The position numbers and the translations under genes were made by a program. Shown piece by piece: positions 58,519 through 64,000 of a DNA stretch of 64,000 nucleotides; the stretch's first letter is position 1, and every line of letters begins with the position of its first letter. The notes under the pieces were generated by a model. It saw nothing but the letters and a program-made list of their open reading frames with translations. It was not told the DNA's origin and made no database searches. Source of the DNA: the human T2T-CHM13v2.0 reference genome, Homo sapiens; assembly GCA_009914755.4 (NCBI GenBank), contig CP068257.2, positions 20,672,001 to 20,736,000 on the forward strand, written 5' to 3'.

Positions 58519-59944
58519 TTGTCCTAGCTGAGGTTCTCCATGAGGCCTCCAGCCCTGCAGCAGACTTCTGGGTGGACATCCAGGCATTTTCATATATCCT
58601 CTTAAAGCCAGGCAGAGGTTCCCAAAGCTCAATTCTTGTCTATTGTGCACCCACAGGACCAACAGCATGTGGAAGCCACCAAATCTTGGGGCTTGCACTC
58701 TCTACAGCAATGGCCAGAGCTGTATCTTGGCAACTTTTAGCCATGCTGGAGCCAGAGTGGCTGGGATGCAGGGGCACCATGTCCAAAGATTGCACAGAGC
58801 AGCAGGACCCTAAGCCTCTGACAAGCTCTGGAAGCATTTTCCCCATTGTCTGGGCTGTTAACATTCAGCTCCTTGTGACTTATGGAAATTTCTGCAGCTG
58901 GCTTGAATTTATTCCCAGAAAATGGGTTTTCCCTTTCTACCTCATGGTCAGGCTGCAAATTTTCCAAATTTTTATGCTCTGCTTCCCTTTTAAACATAAG
59001 TTCCAATTTAAAATAATCTTTTTGTGAACACATATAACTGTATGCTTTCAGGAAAAGCCAAATCACCTCTTAAATGCTTTTCTGCTTAGAATTTATTTTA
59101 CCAGATACCCTAAGCCATATCTCTCAAGTTCAAAGTTCTACAGCTCTCTAGGGTAGGGGCAAAATGCCACCAGTCTCTTTGCTAAAGCATAGCAAGGGTG
59201 ACCTTTGCTCCAGTTCCCAATAAGTTCCTCACCTCAATCTGAGACTGTGGGGGTTCAGTCAGAATGGTGGGAGAAGTTGTAAAATAGTCACAAACCTTCC
59301 AGGAAGGCCGGGGTTTTGCATAGCTTCAGTAAAAGATACGGCTGAAGCAGCCTAATCCTCTTTGAGCTAATAGCAAGGGTAAATAACAAAGGAATTCAAG
59401 GGAGTTTATCTAAATAGCTTGTTTACTCATGTGGTCCTAAGACCAACCTTTGATTTCCCACCGGTGCATAATTGCTCTCTACTGGGGCGCGGGAGGAGGG
59501 GGGTGTCGGCAATGTCAATTACCCTCTAGTGGTGTTTACTCAAGACTTTTGTCACTTACATACTGAATAAATGTGAGCTTCGCTGGCTGATCAGGGCCAC
59601 AGCTGCAACTCTTTACAGCACCCTCCCTGGTGTCTGTGAGTGGTCCAGACACTTAGCTGGACTGTCAGGCAAAATATCTGTGTCAGTGTACATTATTCAT
59701 CTGTCGTTGGGTCAGGATCTGCGGGTCAGTCTCCCACATGAGACTGCCTCAGTCTCGACTTCATTGTCCATATCACTATCAGCATTTTAGTCAAAACCAC
59801 GTAACAAGTCTCTAGTAAGTTCCAAACTTTTCCTTATTTTGTTGTCTTCTGAGTCCTCCAAACTGTTCCATCATTTGCTGGTTACCCAGTTCCAAAGTGG
59901 CTTTCACATTCTCAGGTATCTTATAGCAATATCCCACTACCTTG
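58519..59944 (-). mobile_element. MaLR internal region (antisense) of the disrupted third MaLR, carrying an unclassified insertion at 59255-59760
   Basis: Minus-strand ORF 58737..59066 (MIWLFLKAYSYMCSQKDYFKLELMFKREAEHKNLENLQPDHEVERENPFSGNKFKP) is homologous to the gag-like ORFs of the other two MaLR internals. 59760-59944 matches 26290-26480. Confidence 0.7.
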
Positions 59945-59956
59945 GTATCAATTCTC

Positions 59957-60216
59957 TATATTAGTTCATTCTCACACTACTATAAAGAATACCTGAGACT
60001 GGGTAATTTAGAAGAAAAAAGGAGATTTAATTGACTCACAGTTCTGCATGGCTGGGGAGGCCTCTGGAAACTTACAGTCATGGCAGAAGGCAAAGGGAAA
60101 GCAAGGCATGTCTTAAATGGCAGCACGAGGAAGACAGAGAGCATGCCTGAAGGTGGAAAATCCCCACATTTGTCAAACAACAAGATCTCATAAGAACTCT
60201 AGCATGAGAACGACAA
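59957..60216 (-). mobile_element. MaLR LTR (antisense, truncated), 5' LTR of the disrupted MaLR
   Basis: tatattagttcattctcacactactataaagaatacctgagactgggtaatttagaagaaaaaaggagatttaattgactcacagttctgcatggctggggaggcctctggaaacttacagtcatggcagaaggcaaag... Confidence 0.7.
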
Positions 60217-60219
60217 CTG

Positions 60220-60890
60220 ATACCAGGGAAATAACAAATAATAATAAGAAACTTTTTTGAATAATTATATGCCAACAAATTGGAAAACCTACAATAATTG
60301 GATGAGTTCCTAGGAAACATACAACATATCAAGACTGAATCACAAAGAAAATCATAAAGATAGATAAGATAGATCATAAAAGAGTAAGAAAAAATAATCA
60401 GCAAGAAAAACCTTTTCAACAAAGGAAATTTCAGGACTATATGGCTTCACTGTGGATTCTACCAAACATTCAAATAACAATTAATACCGATCTTCTTCAC
60501 TCCTCTAAAAATAAAGAAGAGGAAATACTTCCAAATTCATCTTACAAGGGTTGCATTTTCTTGATACCAAAGCCAGAAAATACACTGCAAGAGATGGGAA
60601 TTAAAAGACCATCTTCCTGATAAACGTAGTTTCAATATCCTCAATAAAATACAGGCAAATTGAAGTCAACAGCATGTTGAAAGCACCATTCACCATGATC
60701 AAGTGGCAAATTTGGTTCAACATATACAAATCAATTATGTTATATATCACATTACAGAATGAAGAATAAAATCACTTGATCATCTCAATAGACAAAGAAA
60801 GAAGCATTAGACAAAATTCACCACTATTTCATAATTAAAACACTCAACAAACTAAATATAGGAGGAATTGTATTTTTTAAATTTGTTCTT
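60220..60890 (+). mobile_element. Old L1 ORF2 fragment (sense; end of endonuclease through start of the RT domain)
   Basis: gccaacaaattggaaaacctacaataattggatgagttcctaggaaacatacaac..ggcttcactgtggattctaccaaacattcaaataacaattaataccgatcttc...cttgataccaaagccagaaaatacac...caccatgatcaagtggcaaatttggttcaacatatacaaatcaatt...gatcatctcaatagacaaagaaagaagcattagacaaaattcaccac. Confidence 0.8.
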
Positions 60891-62679
60891 GTTTATGGCA
60901 AGTACAGTAGACTTTATTTTGTAATCTGTTTTCTTTCTTTTTTTCTGTGTACCTACAGGGTTTTTTATCTTCCCTTAATGTCCTGGGAGTTTACTACTTT
61001 CTTCTTATTTAGACTTGGTGATTGTTTTAGTGTACAGAATACTACTTAAACTTCATTTTTATCTACTTTCTTCCTTAAATTCCTTACAGCTCAAATTTGG
61101 TCATGACTTGGAAGGAGAAAATTATTAGAAAAAGATATGAAACCATGCCATCAAGGGATAGGGCCACTGGCATTATTTTAATCCAATGGTAGTGAGAAAC
61201 ACCATAGCCAACTTTATGAATAACCTTTTAAGATTTCTTTCACATGAGTGAACATTGTCAATATTATTATTCTGCCATCCTTTGTCTTCCTTGTTTTAAT
61301 TTCCTATGTTTCTAGTAAGAGCCTTAATGCAGAAATTATTGCATTAAATAGTAAGATTAATAGCATAACCAAAATAGTGTACTATGTGTCATTGTTTTTC
61401 AAATAAAATTCCTAGATAAAAAAGCAAAGTCACCGAACTCACGATTGTGTGAAAATCTCAGAATGAATTATGAAAAAAATCACCTAATTAATAGAAGACT
61501 ATTAGGTAAGCAGCATAACAGAATTGACACCGTTTAGTTTGTGGAGTATAACTGGTAATCAATCATTACTTTATTTTTATCAAGTCATAACCCATAAGTA
61601 ATATCTGGTTTCTTTCTTCATTTTTATCTGTTAATAATTAATACAAATTCCAGCTACATTTACGTTGAAAGTTAGTTAATGTGTGTTAGAATTACATACT
61701 TAGTTAATTATTATTACATATATATGACATTCACAATGTAAAAGATGCTGTGTATACTTAGAAATCTCATATAAATATAATCAAATTGCCTCTATGATAT
61801 ATACTCACTATCTAGAGCACACATATCAAATATGACCAAAAAGCCCAGCAGGTTTGGAATATACTTTTGGAAGCCCATGGACTCAAAACCACATTAATTA
61901 TAATATTATGACATTATTTGCTCTTTCTAGTCTTTTCCTCATGAGCATACAGTGAATATTTTCAAAGGCTTTATAGACATGTGGTATCACAATAGATTAC
62001 ATAAAAAAGCAGATATGATAATCCCCATCTTTTCTTGAATTTGGACATTACATTAATTTGTAAAAATGTAAAACAATATAATCATTTACATTTTATTTTG
62101 TTTTGAAAATATAGCTATTTTTATAAAATTGTGCAATTTTTGTTAACATGCAATGAATTTATTTCTGCTATTTTAAATAATAAATAGTTCTTGAATTTCA
62201 CAGTTTTAATTTATAATATAGTATATATTGATATTTATAACTCAAATTTCAAAAAAAATTTGGAGAAGCCGAAAATTTTTTATATATAAAATCTGTATAT
62301 CTATAAATCCTGAGAAAATAAAATTGCTGAACTGGAGAATAACATATGCAATTATAAATTAATTTATTCAAAAAATTTTTACCTGCAATGATTATTCTAA
62401 TATGTCACAGACAAACAAATATGCACAAACTGAGAGACGTTTTACTTATTGGAGTTTCTCACGTAGTTGGGTAAGAAAAGTTATAGCTAGATAAGGAGGA
62501 ACAGTGTTCAAGTCAAGAAAGAGTTGCTACATCTTCTGAAAAAAATTCTATGAATTAGAAAGAGAACATTGTTTTAAGATAATTTTTAACATTAAGGTTT
62601 AAGAAATTCATTTAATCTAAAAGTAGAGAATTTAAATGAAAATGAGTTTGAGATATTGTTAAAATCTCTATAAAAATTA

Positions 62680-62995
<316 letters not shown>

Positions 62996-64000
62996 GACAT
63001 AAACATTTGGCTGAAAGTTTTCTAAAGGTAGACTGAAAATAAAAAGAAAGCTATTAAAATATTATTTTCTGATGGCTAAATATGGTGTCTGTCAGATTTT
63101 GACAATTTAACAAAATAGACAAGAGTTCATTTGGAGACAATTTACATAACAGGTCAAATAAACAGTCTGCAGAGCAGCTGACACTTCTTATTAAGGTCAT
63201 TCAGTTAATTAGTGAAAAACAACCAAGAATTAGATTCTCATAAGGCTCAGTCCATATTTTATTCTATAACAATGCAATGTCTTAACATTCCGTTATCACA
63301 TTTGGTTTGCCATGAATCTTGCCAATTGTAAATAATATTCTTGAAGAATTTACATATTTAGAATATGTAATTCTGAAATTATGCATTAATTGTAAGAGAA
63401 ATGACACTGAGGATATAATAAAATGTATAGCAGAGAAACAGATTGAAATTTGGAAGTTATTAGAATATTGGATAAATTAATCGTAAAGGCTGTCAGTAAC
63501 TCACTTATATAATCATTCAAAGTAATACATACATCTATTTATTAACAAGAAAGTTGAAAAGATATTTAATAATATTAGTGGAGCTTAGGTGGCTTATAAC
63601 TGTAAGCTATGAATTTCAGGTTTTAGTTCCAGCATGTAAATAGCATGGAAATCACAGTTTTCAAGGGTTATAAGAAAGTCCTTACAACAAATAAAAGCAG
63701 AACAAACTAAAATTAAGGATTTTACTAAGACTCTTCAGGGAATAGAGGTCACAGGGCAAACAACCACTCCAAATTGCAGAAAATGGGTAAATCCAGAGAA
63801 TCACAGCCCAAAATTGCTTCCCAGGAATAGAAATCATAAGCTGTGAACAGGTAGGAACAGTTAAATGGGAATTTTGTTGGGTTATTGGAACTTGAGAGGA
63901 CAATTGATTAAGATAAATACTGTCCTGAGGGTTGTATTTTTAGACAACCCCAACAGTTTTGTGGAATTTCGACTCCAGAGGCCTCATCAAGTTTTCCTTG

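Noticed and set aside
58572-59027. Longest ORF in the track (151 aa, + strand), and other ORFs of 100 aa or more: 25972..26400, 22293..22676, 21609..21980, 21740..22102, 35050..35406, 16963..17313, 8825..9163, 60078..60422
   Set aside because: All lie inside transposable-element copies (MaLR internal regions, Alu, L1 UTR or ORF2 remnants). They have no start-context or exon structure and show repeat-typical sequence. They are not host genes.
59480-59520. Short GC-rich stretch (ggggcgcgggaggaggggggtgtcggc) as a CpG island or promoter
   Set aside because: Only about 40 bp long and inside an interspersed repeat copy. It is far below CpG-island length criteria.

Overview
This window is human (catarrhine primate) nuclear DNA, not a prokaryotic or phage sequence. 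It is AT-rich and densely packed with interspersed repeats. There are no CRISPR arrays, operons, tRNA or rRNA genes, and no convincing protein-coding exons. Every ORF of 100 aa or more in the supplied track lies inside a recognisable transposable-element copy (Alu, L1, MaLR or ERV).

Repeat content I can support from the sequence:
- At least 13 full-length Alu elements, several of them young AluY with intact target-site duplications, plus one truncated Alu monomer.
- About 10 L1 fragments on both strands, ranging from old diverged L1 to L1PA-like 3' ends.
- Three ERVL-MaLR (THE1/MST-like) elements. Two are full length with both LTRs, at 20474-22797 (+) and 24599-26880 (-). A third (55465-60216) is heavily disrupted.
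- A class I (gamma-like) endogenous retrovirus internal fragment at about 28240-32253, with recognisable RNase H, integrase and env-TM motifs.
- Several unclassified LTR-like repeats and CA/GT microsatellites.

The most unusual feature is a 494-bp near-perfect inverted duplication around a 112-bp asymmetric centre (arms 57418-57911 and 58024-58518). It is built from old L1 and MaLR sequence but is essentially undiverged between arms, so it is a recent fold-back duplication or an assembly artefact.

Coordinates of repeat boundaries are by eye and typically uncertain by 10-30 bp. Family assignments come from remembered consensus sequences, not from a database search.
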